Shown: in pieces, positions 47,401-57,217 of the stretch | How positions within the stretch are numbered: the stretch's first letter is position 1 | Layout of the letters: each line of letters begins with the position of its first letter | DNA from: an uncultured virus (IMG/VR IMGVR_UViG_3300027581_000001) | Taxonomy: Duplodnaviria; Heunggongvirae; Uroviricota; Caudoviricetes; Kyanoviridae | Reading direction: 5' to 3' (one strand) | Virus record (IMG/VR): IMGVR_UViG_3300027581_000001 | Length of the DNA: 63,459 nucleotides | Notes under the pieces: model-generated | Seen by the model: the letters and a program-made list of their open reading frames with translations, nothing else | Told to the model about the DNA's origin: nothing | The model's database searches: none | Position numbers and translations under genes: made by a program

Positions 47401-50400
47401 TCTGCACTTCTTGCTAACTTAACATTGTTTGCATCAACTTTTACAATATATACATTTTTGGGAAGTTTATCGGTAATTCCAATTCCAGCAAAACTGGTTG
47501 ATGCAATTCCAATTGCTTGTGTTGTTCCTTCTCCAGCATAAGTATACTCAACTTGTTCTCCAGTTACAAAGAAATGGTTTGATACAGAAATAACATTTAA
47601 ATTTGTATCAATAACTGTAGAAGCACTGCCAACAAAATATTTTTCGAATATTGGATCATTTTTGTAAGTTATATCAAAGGCTCGTTTGATGGCAGAATCA
47701 GTTCCTTCATAAGTTCCAAAGTTTGTTTGAACTTTTGAATCTATGAAATCAGTTATATCCTTATCATCATCTTGATGTCTGAGTGCATTTAAATAAACTT
47801 TTACATCAACAGCAATATTTGCTAATGGTTTGAATGTTAACTCTACTATTGAAGAAGTTCTTTGAACACCAATGGTTCCAAGGCCCGAAAGAGTATTGAC
47901 AACTCCATATTCTGTAACATAAACATTTGGTTGAACGTCAATTTCGTTAGTATTATCATCAACAACAATTATTTCTGATAATTGATGAACATTATTTGTG
48001 TTATCAGATATTTGAACAATAAAGTATGCACTATCGTAGGCATCAGGATAACTACTAATACCTACAGGTGTTGGAGTTGATGTTGAAGCAATAGAAGTAG
48101 ATTTACCTTCTAACCTAGCGTGTTTTATATCATGATTCACCGCACCAACAGTTGATGTGGCCGCAAACGCAACTTGAGTAGTACTAACATTGACTGTTGT
48201 AGTAACTTGAGAATTTGGTATGAAATCAACTTTGAGTTGCCCACCAGAAAGATATGGGTAATATGTTCCAAGTCCCGTGCTTGAATATAAATTGAGAGAA
48301 TGATTTGTTAACTGCCCGTATTCCAAAAATTCTACATTAGTTCCATCATGAATTATATTCAATTCATCAAATTCATATTGATTTGTAGTCGATGAAGAAA
48401 TTGAAACCAAAACCTTCATAGATCTATAGGTATTTGCAATTCCAATAATAGTAGTAGTAGTTCCAGCAGAAACAACAACACTACTTGATCGAATATCAAC
48501 AATACTCCCAAAGGTTGTGCTTCCTATACCAGAATGACTATCTTCAATGTTATATGAAAGTGAGGATATATTAAAATCATTAATGCTAAACTTGGTTGGG
48601 AAAAATTGAAGAACTCCCTCAGTTCCATCAATAATAAAATCAAAGGATCCCATATCATAAGTGCTTTCTACTCTTGCATATTGATTTAAAAATATATTAC
48701 CAACATTATCAATAAGAGACGTAATAATTAGAAATTGTCTTTCTCTAGAATACCTCTTGTCACTTACATATATAAAATATTTTTGTGATTTCACACTCGT
48801 CAGATTAAACCTAGAAATTTCAGAAAAACGAGTTGGTCTTGGATTGCTGTTAAATTGATGACTAATATCATCAATAGTCAAAACTCTGTTTCCTACAGAT
48901 TCTGCATAATCTTGTAAAACTCTATTTGAAAATATTATTTCATTTGAAAAAATTTGAGATCCAATTTGAAGTGAATTTTCTTTTACTAAATCAAAATCAT
49001 AAACACAATTTAAATTTACAACACTAATAATGTCACTTATAACATCAATAAAAGTTAAATCGGATGGTAAGTTAATATTAAGTGAATTGCTAGTAATTTC
49101 TGCAAAAGTAGAAGGAGTTTCTAATTGAAAATCTGAGAATTTTTTAAATCCAGTAGTGTGATTTAAAGAACTTACTACATCATTCCAAGTATCAAAATCT
49201 ACTGTAGATTTAATTGAATACGAAAAATTTTGATAATAATCATTGTCTTGAATTCTTTGTATACTACTATTTAATACTCCAGCATCAGATTGGTTCCCAT
49301 GTAAAAATCTTGACGTTGCATCAAGATTAAAAAATGCATCAAATTTTGCAATTTCAGATACAACTCCTTGAGTTCTTGAAGAGGATCCCTTTATAACTTC
49401 TCCAAGTTTAAAATTCTTTTTAGATAAGATCGTTACAAAATTTGATTTTGGATTCCAACCTTCCACTATTCCTGTAGCAGATTCTGATGTTACATTTTCT
49501 CCTATAAGATAATCATTTTTTTTCAAAACCACATTAAAAATTGGAAAATGTTTTTGTGAAATAATTTTACCAGAAGAATTCTCAGAGTCGAAATTGCCTG
49601 GAAATTCTGAACCAGCAAGAAATTCATTTAGATTGTACACTACAGATCCACCAAGTCCCCCAAGGTTTTCAGTAACTGAAGTAAGTGTAAAAAGTTGATA
49701 ATTATAATTTTCTGAATTATATCCTTTTCCGGTTGATCCAACTCCTACACTAACATTTTCAATTAAAACTTTGTCATTCACTGCAAAAGGGAATGAATTT
49801 ACTGTACTAAACCCAACTGATAATGTAATGGTTACATTTTTATTTGATGTATTAAATCCAACAGAACTAATATCAACTCCATTTGAATTTTGAATTGGTA
49901 AAATTGTTGGTGCTACATTGTTTAGTCCAAACGTGTTTTTTAAAATTTGTACTTGAGTATTGCTCAAAGTATATTTTAAATCAGCGTCTGAAGCAATCTT
50001 ACCAGTTTTCCCATCTAAAACTATAATTTTTGGTGCAGAAGTGTATCCTCTTCCAAATGAAGATATTCCAATAGATTCAAAACATGAAAGAGGATCTATT
50101 CGCATAACTTGTGGAACTACTACACTAGGTCTCATTGTTAGATCTGATGGGAAATCAAATCCAATATCATTTATTTTTACAGAATTAATTTTACCAATAG
50201 AAGTGCTCGAAGGTTCTAATATTGCCCCAATTCCAGTTCTAGATATAATATTTGAAATTTGTGGAATAGAAAAATAATTCAATCCTTTGTTTGTTATTTT
50301 AATTTTTGAAATAGGTCCATTAGCATTTAATGAACTGGTTTCGTATTTTATACTAGATATGCCTGAAGTATATAAATTTTCTTCCGGAACTTTTGTGATA

Positions 50401-53400
50401 TCATAGGTAAATGACGTACTAGATCCTGATATAATTTTATGTTGTCCATTGTATTGACTTTTATAAACTTGAATTTCATTATTTGATAAAACTTCACGAT
50501 CTTCATTAATTAACTTTTTATTTTCGGGAAGAGTTCCATTATAAATTGGAACTAAATTATAATAGAGTTTTTGTGGTGTGTTTTTATTAATTGATAGAGA
50601 AACTCTTGCATCACTTGTAATTCCAACAGTTCCTACTTTTTGCACATTAAAAAGTTGATCACTAGAGTTGCTATCATAATTTTCCGTAAAATTAGAGTCT
50701 TTAAAGAATTTTAAATCAAATGCAGGATAACGTGTTGCTTGTTGAGTATATGAAAGAGAAGGATCTGATAAATCAAATATAACTAAAGAGTTTCTATATA
50801 CTTGAATTGGTGGATTGATTGCAGATAATGTTCCATTTGATGCACTAGTAATGCCAACAATCTCGGGTTTTACGTTAATAGAATCATAGTAAGTATTAGT
50901 AAGTTTAATATTATTAGTATCAACTATATAAATAAAATATTCTTTATCACTCTCAAGCCCAACTGCAGGAACGGATGCGGTGTGAATTACTTTTTGTCCA
51001 TTCTCAAATTTATGATTTAAGATTGTAATTGTATTTGTAAGTGTATTAATTCCAGCAGAAATAAAATCTTTTGGATTTACTAATACTTTTCTAGAATAAT
51101 CATTATATTTGAAAGTAAATGTGGTTGATATAGATGGATTTACATCAACAAAAACAATATCATTATTTAAAAGTCCATGACTTTGTGCGGTAGATACTGT
51201 AATAGTATTTTTTGAAATATTTCCTGATAAACTATTATATTTTGTTTTAAAACTATGATTGTTTCCTGTGCCCACATTTGTAAAGAATAGAGTTCCCATT
51301 TCCCGAGTAGTACTTGCAATTCCAACGAAAGTTCCTCCAGTTCCAATTCCAATTTTAAATGTAGAGATACCAATTAAATCATTCGATATTTTTGCAACAT
51401 AAACTATAGATTGGTCTGAAATTGATACCGAAGTTGATATTCCATTTGTAGAAACTCCAATCGGATTTCCACCATTTGTAGAGTAAATTAATTCATCACC
51501 AGTGTCTAATCGGTGATTTGAAATATAGATAGATTTCGTAGGAATAAAAATTTGTGTAGCACCAGTTCCCGGATTTGAAAAGATTATGGTAGAACCAATT
51601 CCAATTTCCGAACGAGTGCTGAAAGTCACCACAGTTCCAATACCAAGTACATCTGCAACTGTAGATGATGTTCCAATTTGAACAAATGTGGATGCAACAG
51701 AAACAATTGGTCTAGTTGTAATTGTGCCTGGACCTACTACACTAATAGAACTTACACCAGCAATAATTCCGGTTGTATCAACAACAAAAATTATCGTCGA
51801 CCCAATTCCAACAGGTGAACTAATAGTTGTTGTACGAAAAACTATATTTTTTGCAACAATTGTTCCTAATCCAACAGCATCAATTGGATTGAAATAATAT
51901 TCACGATTTATTTTATAATCATACTGTGACCTAAATCCCGAATTTATTGTAAATTTTCTAGAATTCTCATATAAAGGAGTAGTAATGCTATGAGAAGATC
52001 CAACAGTTCCATTTACTGCACGAAGAACTCTAATTCTTGATGATCCTACATCAACATTTAATACTTTAATTTTTTCTGTTCCTATTCCCAGAATATCATT
52101 TTCTCTAATATTTGGATAATTTAAGTTTCCTGCGACAGAAAAATAAGTAACAATTCCAGTTACTGCCGTGCTACCAATACTAACGGCAATGCCAATTGTA
52201 TTTGTTGATATTCCAATTCGATATGATCCTTCAATCAAAGATGATGTTGTATTTAATCCAGAAACAACAACCAAAGCAGTATTTGTAAAATTATGTGGAT
52301 TTTCAGAAAATACTAAGAAATTTCCTCGGGGTGTAGTTGGATAAAATTCAACATTAGATATTGAAGTAGTTGCTACACTGATTGAATTTACAGATTTTCC
52401 GGAAATTCTTTCTATTTCGGCAGAAGCATTGTATCCATCAGTACCTTCATTATCAAATATTAATTTATCTCCAATTTTATATTCAACACCACCAGAAGTT
52501 ATGTTTATTGTTTCTATAAAACCTGAAGAAGCATATTTAATGTCTGCGGTCTGATTTAAAAGATTTTGAAGGTCTACGTATTGATAAGGAGTGGTAAAAG
52601 AATCACTTTCAAGTAAATTATATGGATTAGTATTTCTTGAAAAACTAGTTTGATTTAAATCAAAATCACTTTGATTTGATGTTTTTTTGAAATTAAATTG
52701 ATTCGGTTTTGAATTAAAATTATTCCCAATTAAATATGGAAATATTGGTGACTTATATCCATCAAAGGGTCCAGATGAGTCTGCACCAGAATTATTAATT
52801 GTTGCAAAATATGCATATGTTCCATTTGGATATTCTGGAGTGACACAAAATCTTCCATTATTTTTGTCCAATACAGTTTCATCAGAAACTTGAAAGTGAC
52901 TATAATCTTGAATAAAAAATCCATTAGGAAATGAAGATAATGAAGGTCTATTTTGTGTCAAATTAAGTCCTGACTTAAGTTTATATCCAGACTTCATTTG
53001 AGATACTATTCCACCTTGTTTTGTGGAGTACCCATATGGACCATAGATTGGATTTCCATCATATGCCCACCCTATAATTGGTGAGTGGTCAGTTGATAAT
53101 ACCTCATCATCTCCAATCTTTCTTAAATCTCTTTTTCCATATAAAGTATTTCCATCAGAGTCTGAAGAATAAACAATTTCTCTAAGTTTTCTTGGTGCAT
53201 AAAGATGAGAATATTCCAATTCGAAATTTTCATTAATTCCTTCAGATAAAACTCCATCATCATCGGAGATAATTGATAGATTTTTTTCAAAAATATTAAC
53301 ATTCCACGATTGTATTTTTGGATTAAATTCTTCTAAAGATCCTGTAGAAAGAACATCTATTGAAGTAGTGTCTGATACATACTCAATGCCAGATTCAATT

Positions 53401-56400
53401 ACCTTTACTTCAATTAATTGACCGTTTTTAATAATTGGAGTAAGTACTGCTCCAAAACCACTTCCATTAATTACTAAGTTTGGTGGAGAGTTATATTTAC
53501 TCCCAGAAGAAATTACTAAAATTTCTTTAATTTTTCCATCTGAAATAATAGGAATAACTTTAGCACCAGAACCACTGTTTAAAGTAACTAAAGGTTGTCT
53601 TTTATAATTTAAAATTTCTGATGATCCATAATTGGATCCATTACTTTCTAAATGTATTGAAGTAATTACTCCTCTAAAAATTGGTTGAACAACTGCTTTA
53701 AAATTATTAGAACCAATTGAAGAAATACCAACATTGCCAATCACTTCAACAGAAATTTCAGGATAGTTGAAAGTGTGAGTTCCAACTCCAACTGAAGTTA
53801 AATTGATAAACTGTTTTGTGTTATAGTAAAAATCTCTTAATATTGATCCAGTTCCAATACCCGACAATTTAAAATTATTGTCATCGACTTTGGTTAGATA
53901 ATATTCAGTGCTAGTGGTTAATCCACCAATTACAGATCCATCAGAAGAATAGTTTATGTATTTTATAACTTCTCCTGACAGAAATTCATGATTTACAATA
54001 TTAATTTGATTAATTGATGTATTAATACCTGTTACTGAACTAAAAACTGTTTTTTTCTTATTTTCATATCCAAAACCAGAATCTTGTATAATGATTGATC
54101 CTAAAATAGATTTTTTATTATAAGATCTAAATTCGTGATTTCCAATTCCATACGAAGTTAAATTGACAGTATTAATTCCAGATATTACGTCACCTAAAGT
54201 ATTATGCAACTTAATTTCAGTTGGTGATTGTACGAAAACAAAATATGCGGAACCTGTAGAAATACCACCAACTCCTTTCTGATCACCAGTAATGTAAATT
54301 ATTTGCTCAGCATTTCTAAATTTGTGATATGTACTGAATCCAATAGTATGATTTGTTAATGATATTTGTGTCGAACTGCTCTCAGAATTGAAAGATGATT
54401 GATGATCGACTAATTTCATTGATGCGTAAGCTAAAGCACCTACACCATTTCCTCCAGTTATCTTAATAGATGGTATTTCTACATAATCAAATCCAGGATC
54501 AATGATTCTTATTTCACTAAGAGAACCTTTTATTGCACAATATCCAGTAGCACCAGATCCCACTGAATCGGTGATTAATAATTCTGGTGGATTGATGACA
54601 TCATAACCTCCACCAGGAGAGGTAACTTCTATTTCATCTAGTTGCCCATAATATACAATATCCTGGGATTTATAATTTAATATTTCTACACCGTTAATTA
54701 AAATTCCAGTAAATCCAGGTTCTGTTGGATATTGTGCTCCATCATTAATAGGGGGGGAAATTTCTCTAAAAAGATTTTGTGACTTAAGTGTTTTTGATTT
54801 AAAGTTATAATATTCAAGTTTATTTGCAGTTACTTTTACTGAACTATCAACAGAAATAAATTTTGAATTGTATATGTCAGATTTACTTAAAGCAAACTTA
54901 ATAGTGTTAGAATCTATTCTTTTTACAAAATATATTCCCTCAGCAAACAACTTACTTAAAGTTTGAGAAATTTTAATAACATTGCCTTCATTGTCAAATG
55001 ATTCAGATATTATTTTTTCTGGTGTATAGTAAACTAAATCTCCAGTATAAAACCCGTGATCTTTGGTAGTAGTAATATTAAAGGTATCAGAATTAAATGT
55101 TCCAGAAAAAATTATTTGTTTTGATGAAACATTTAATGGTTGTTCATTATAATATGGAAGAGATGGTGATGCAACTATAGTTTTATTGTTTTGTTTGTAT
55201 ACATTTTGAACATTTGCATTAAAAGCAGAAATGTATGGAAACGTTGGAGAATTTGGTGCTAAAAGATTTTTTTTTATTGTATAAGTATCTGTAAGCAACA
55301 ATTGTCCTTGACCTCTTACATTAAAAGATTTTTTCGAAATAATATCAATTACTGTAGAATTTTTTTCATTACCATTACTGTCTATTATTTTTAAACTGTC
55401 ACCTATTCTGAAAATATGATTTAATTTTATATCAATTCTATAAGTTTTATCAGTATCATCAAGCAAAGAAATTGATTGAACATTATAAGAGGTTGGAATA
55501 TTAAAAAACCAATTATTTGAAACTACATCTTCCGAGTTAACTCCTAGAGTTTTAATTTGACAAGTATTACCTTTTTTAAGATAGTATGAATCACTGATTA
55601 AATCAAAATCTTTTATAACTGAAGTAATTCTTACTTTAACAATTTCATCAGAACCCTCAAAAGGTAATTTACGTGCATAGGTGCTAATACCAATATATGC
55701 AGAATCCTCAATGATTCCTGTAATATTTGAACAATTAAAAAATTGATTTACACTTTTTGATTCATATCCTATAGTACCCTGTGTTTGATCGTTATATGTG
55801 ACATACAGGTTTCCACTATTTGGAAATCCTACAGTTGAATCAACATCTAGAGTTGTAAGTCCACCAGTATAATCGGTAGTTATATTAATATTTGCTCCCA
55901 TTCCATTATGAAGTGAGCAATTGTATTTTATTGTTTCATCTGGAGCATTTATATTAATAATTAAATCAACAAAAGATCCTGCTTCGCCAGCAACCCCATT
56001 GCCAGATACAATATAATATAGTGAAGAAAGAGAACCTCCAGAAGTTGTTTGAAATATAAGAATATGTCCACTATTGGAAGAATCTGATGTATCAAATCTA
56101 TATGTATTTCCTTTTACTAAAGTCAACTGTTGTTGAGTTATTCTATTAATTGCCCAAACTTTATTGGGTGGTGGTGTTCCTGGATTTACTACACTAGTTA
56201 CTATAAAAGATCTTACACCATATCGACCAATTACTTTAGTCTGTGGGTGAACTTTAAATTCTCCATGTAACGCACCATCGAATAGTATATCTTTATTATA
56301 TCCAGAATCTATACTAAGTTTATAGTATTCTTTTCCATCTCTAGAAACTATTTTTTCTACCTTTGCAATTGATGCATATGCTTTTGTAAAATCTGAATAT

Positions 56401-57197
56401 TCATCTTGAATTAAGGTACAGTTTAATAAATTTTCTGGATTTCCTTCAATACTTTCTACAACCAAATCTTTTGTTATCTCATAATGTGCATCGGAAGGTC
56501 TAAAAAGATATTCTTTTGGTTTTATAATACTTACGTCTTTTCCATAAAGAGATCTGAATAAAATTTCAAAGGATTCATCCGTACCTTTACTTCTGTAAAA
56601 ATCTTTTGATTGTTTAATGAATATTGAATCATTTAAATTTTCATATAACTTCCTATTTTCAAATCCTGGAGTCAACTGATATTTGATTTTAGATAAAAAT
56701 TCTTTTAAAAATAAAGAACTTAAATTAATAATAGTATCTCCTACAGAATGATTTGTCGATTCTGATTCAGTAAATACTAATTTATCAGAATTATTTTGAG
56801 TTTTAAGAGAATCAATACCACTAAACCCTCTTATACATCCAGTAAAAGAATTAAAGGTTTTTCCAGTATAAGTAATTATTTCATTATTAATTTTTAATAA
56901 ACCATATTTCTCAGGAAATCCATCAGTTCCAGTAAGAGAACTCGATATTTCTACAGGTATTACATCGTCAAAACTTGTAATATTATTACCTAATATTACA
57001 GAATCAATTTGATGAGTTACTTCATCAAGTTTAACATACTTATCAATATTTTGAATTAGATCAATAGGTGCGCCTTGAAACTCTTGAGCACGATAATATT
57101 GAGAAAGAAACTCCGAAACTAATGGAAACTCCTCCCTAACATATGCAGGGAGTTGATTAAAAATTATATTACTAAACTGAATTCTCTTTTCTGTCAT
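44454..57197 (-). CDS. gp7: Giant baseplate wedge initiator (gp7-like), 4247 aa
   Basis: QLP.YVREEFP...FL.QYY, KDFY.SKGT..S, IQDNDYYQNFSYSIKS...H..GFKKF; lies between gp6 and gp8. Confidence 0.85.
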   Translation of the reverse strand: MTEKRIQFSNIIFNQLPAYVREEFPLVSEFLSQYYRAQEFQGAPIDLIQNIDKYVKLDEVTHQIDSVILGNNITSFDDVIPVEISSSLTGTDGFPEKYGLLKINNEIITYTGKTFNSFTGCIRGFSGIDSLKTQNNSDKLVFTESESTNHSVGDTIINLSSLFLKEFLSKIKYQLTPGFENRKLYENLNDSIFIKQSKDFYRSKGTDESFEILFRSLYGKDVSIIKPKEYLFRPSDAHYEITKDLVVESIEGNPENLLNCTLIQDEYSDFTKAYASIAKVEKIVSRDGKEYYKLSIDSGYNKDILFDGALHGEFKVHPQTKVIGRYGVRSFIVTSVVNPGTPPPNKVWAINRITQQQLTLVKGNTYRFDTSDSSNSGHILIFQTTSGGSLSSLYYIVSGNGVAGEAGSFVDLIININAPDETIKYNCSLHNGMGANINITTDYTGGLTTLDVDSTVGFPNSGNLYVTYNDQTQGTIGYESKSVNQFFNCSNITGIIEDSAYIGISTYARKLPFEGSDEIVKVRITSVIKDFDLISDSYYLKKGNTCQIKTLGVNSEDVVSNNWFFNIPTSYNVQSISLLDDTDKTYRIDIKLNHIFRIGDSLKIIDSNGNEKNSTVIDIISKKSFNVRGQGQLLLTDTYTIKKNLLAPNSPTFPYISAFNANVQNVYKQNNKTIVASPSLPYYNEQPLNVSSKQIIFSGTFNSDTFNITTTKDHGFYTGDLVYYTPEKIISESFDNEGNVIKISQTLSKLFAEGIYFVKRIDSNTIKFALSKSDIYNSKFISVDSSVKVTANKLEYYNFKSKTLKSQNLFREISPPINDGAQYPTEPGFTGILINGVEILNYKSQDIVYYGQLDEIEVTSPGGGYDVINPPELLITDSVGSGATGYCAIKGSLSEIRIIDPGFDYVEIPSIKITGGNGVGALAYASMKLVDHQSSFNSESSSTQISLTNHTIGFSTYHKFRNAEQIIYITGDQKGVGGISTGSAYFVFVQSPTEIKLHNTLGDVISGINTVNLTSYGIGNHEFRSYNKKSILGSIIIQDSGFGYENKKKTVFSSVTGINTSINQINIVNHEFLSGEVIKYINYSSDGSVIGGLTTSTEYYLTKVDDNNFKLSGIGTGSILRDFYYNTKQFINLTSVGVGTHTFNYPEISVEVIGNVGISSIGSNNFKAVVQPIFRGVITSIHLESNGSNYGSSEILNYKRQPLVTLNSGSGAKVIPIISDGKIKEILVISSGSKYNSPPNLVINGSGFGAVLTPIIKNGQLIEVKVIESGIEYVSDTTSIDVLSTGSLEEFNPKIQSWNVNIFEKNLSIISDDDGVLSEGINENFELEYSHLYAPRKLREIVYSSDSDGNTLYGKRDLRKIGDDEVLSTDHSPIIGWAYDGNPIYGPYGYSTKQGGIVSQMKSGYKLKSGLNLTQNRPSLSSFPNGFFIQDYSHFQVSDETVLDKNNGRFCVTPEYPNGTYAYFATINNSGADSSGPFDGYKSPIFPYLIGNNFNSKPNQFNFKKTSNQSDFDLNQTSFSRNTNPYNLLESDSFTTPYQYVDLQNLLNQTADIKYASSGFIETINITSGGVEYKIGDKLIFDNEGTDGYNASAEIERISGKSVNSISVATTSISNVEFYPTTPRGNFLVFSENPHNFTNTALVVVSGLNTTSSLIEGSYRIGISTNTIGIAVSIGSTAVTGIVTYFSVAGNLNYPNIRENDILGIGTEKIKVLNVDVGSSRIRVLRAVNGTVGSSHSITTPLYENSRKFTINSGFRSQYDYKINREYYFNPIDAVGLGTIVAKNIVFRTTTISSPVGIGSTIIFVVDTTGIIAGVSSISVVGPGTITTRPIVSVASTFVQIGTSSTVADVLGIGTVVTFSTRSEIGIGSTIIFSNPGTGATQIFIPTKSIYISNHRLDTGDELIYSTNGGNPIGVSTNGISTSVSISDQSIVYVAKISNDLIGISTFKIGIGTGGTFVGIASTTREMGTLFFTNVGTGNNHSFKTKYNSLSGNISKNTITVSTAQSHGLLNNDIVFVDVNPSISTTFTFKYNDYSRKVLVNPKDFISAGINTLTNTITILNHKFENGQKVIHTASVPAVGLESDKEYFIYIVDTNNIKLTNTYYDSINVKPEIVGITSASNGTLSAINPPIQVYRNSLVIFDLSDPSLSYTQQATRYPAFDLKFFKDSNFTENYDSNSSDQLFNVQKVGTVGITSDARVSLSINKNTPQKLYYNLVPIYNGTLPENKKLINEDREVLSNNEIQVYKSQYNGQHKIISGSSTSFTYDITKVPEENLYTSGISSIKYETSSLNANGPISKIKITNKGLNYFSIPQISNIISRTGIGAILEPSSTSIGKINSVKINDIGFDFPSDLTMRPSVVVPQVMRIDPLSCFESIGISSFGRGYTSAPKIIVLDGKTGKIASDADLKYTLSNTQVQILKNTFGLNNVAPTILPIQNSNGVDISSVGFNTSNKNVTITLSVGFSTVNSFPFAVNDKVLIENVSVGVGSTGKGYNSENYNYQLFTLTSVTENLGGLGGSVVYNLNEFLAGSEFPGNFDSENSSGKIISQKHFPIFNVVLKKNDYLIGENVTSESATGIVEGWNPKSNFVTILSKKNFKLGEVIKGSSSRTQGVVSEIAKFDAFFNLDATSRFLHGNQSDAGVLNSSIQRIQDNDYYQNFSYSIKSTVDFDTWNDVVSSLNHTTGFKKFSDFQLETPSTFAEITSNSLNINLPSDLTFIDVISDIISVVNLNCVYDFDLVKENSLQIGSQIFSNEIIFSNRVLQDYAESVGNRVLTIDDISHQFNSNPRPTRFSEISRFNLTSVKSQKYFIYVSDKRYSRERQFLIITSLIDNVGNIFLNQYARVESTYDMGSFDFIIDGTEGVLQFFPTKFSINDFNISSLSYNIEDSHSGIGSTTFGSIVDIRSSSVVVSAGTTTTIIGIANTYRSMKVLVSISSSTTNQYEFDELNIIHDGTNVEFLEYGQLTNHSLNLYSSTGLGTYYPYLSGGQLKVDFIPNSQVTTTVNVSTTQVAFAATSTVGAVNHDIKHARLEGKSTSIASTSTPTPVGISSYPDAYDSAYFIVQISDNTNNVHQLSEIIVVDDNTNEIDVQPNVYVTEYGVVNTLSGLGTIGVQRTSSIVELTFKPLANIAVDVKVYLNALRHQDDDKDITDFIDSKVQTNFGTYEGTDSAIKRAFDITYKNDPIFEKYFVGSASTVIDTNLNVISVSNHFFVTGEQVEYTYAGEGTTQAIGIASTSFAGIGITDKLPKNVYIVKVDANNVKLARSAEDALKDIPKTLDIVSVGIGTSHRFVSTNQNARVILALDNVIQSPIVSTATTTTLSTNVFTTDDKIFLNQVTSFFGGDLIKIGNEVMRVDGVGIGSTNAIQVRRPRLGTSVAGYPTGFLVTKVTGNYNIIDNVLNFVEAPFGNLPFSSTTNRSDERDWVGISTGSSFQGRSFIRSGVTNSSEETYSKNYIFDDISAGFNGIGKTFTLKSNGVNVSDVSTKNAVILINDVFQGPGSTYNYTLSESVGITSITFTGTATSVSYDVNNASIPRGGIIVSVGSTGGFGYQPLVSAGGTAAVSVAGTISAISIGNSGSGYRSGAQVVKVGVALSSTSTPTIEFIGTASVSNGRIVSIAITNPGTGYTSTNPPYVIFDDPLSYSNIPLIYSSGSSGVGTQAKVNIVVGQGSSIIDFEIINTGYGYGDNQILTVPIGGIIGIPTTGSSFNEFQLTIQKTFADKFTGWSIGELQVLDPLDFEFNGQTVAFQLKLSGDLISVRSARGSNINIQDTLLVFINDILQVPGEGYTFPGGTIITFAEPPKIGDTSKIIFYRGSGSVDVVDVNILETVKVGDELTINYDSYRGQLPGLQEEERTVTRIDSTDLVKTNPYFGPGNVNDETLERPVTWCRQTEDKIINEIQIGKDRILYEAGITPTSYLIQSVGIGSTILYVDNIRPFFNPINETISTNPNSLAFQNSVVIISQNDKVGASATAIVSTAGTVTSIVISNGGVGYTTTPTVSISQPIGFGTTAAQNTTLTSVTVSEGVVTGIAVTFGGGGYISTTPPQVLIESPSTIKETVGVASYTGDSGVIVGFGTTATGIIFDFYIPTNSYLRDASIAGTALTVSGIGTGDYFLVYDSNIGFATTSITSRDTSNNIIGIGTNFINNVYQVKSVSNVSVANTAIGIATVGSATTTVRRVSAIVSGISTISGYLGVGIGTTSISFGNFSWGKIELTSRSKENTYNFYGNVGVGGISTSGVVKRTLPLKF

Positions 57198-57217
57198 TTT
57201 TTTGATTTATTTTTTTA

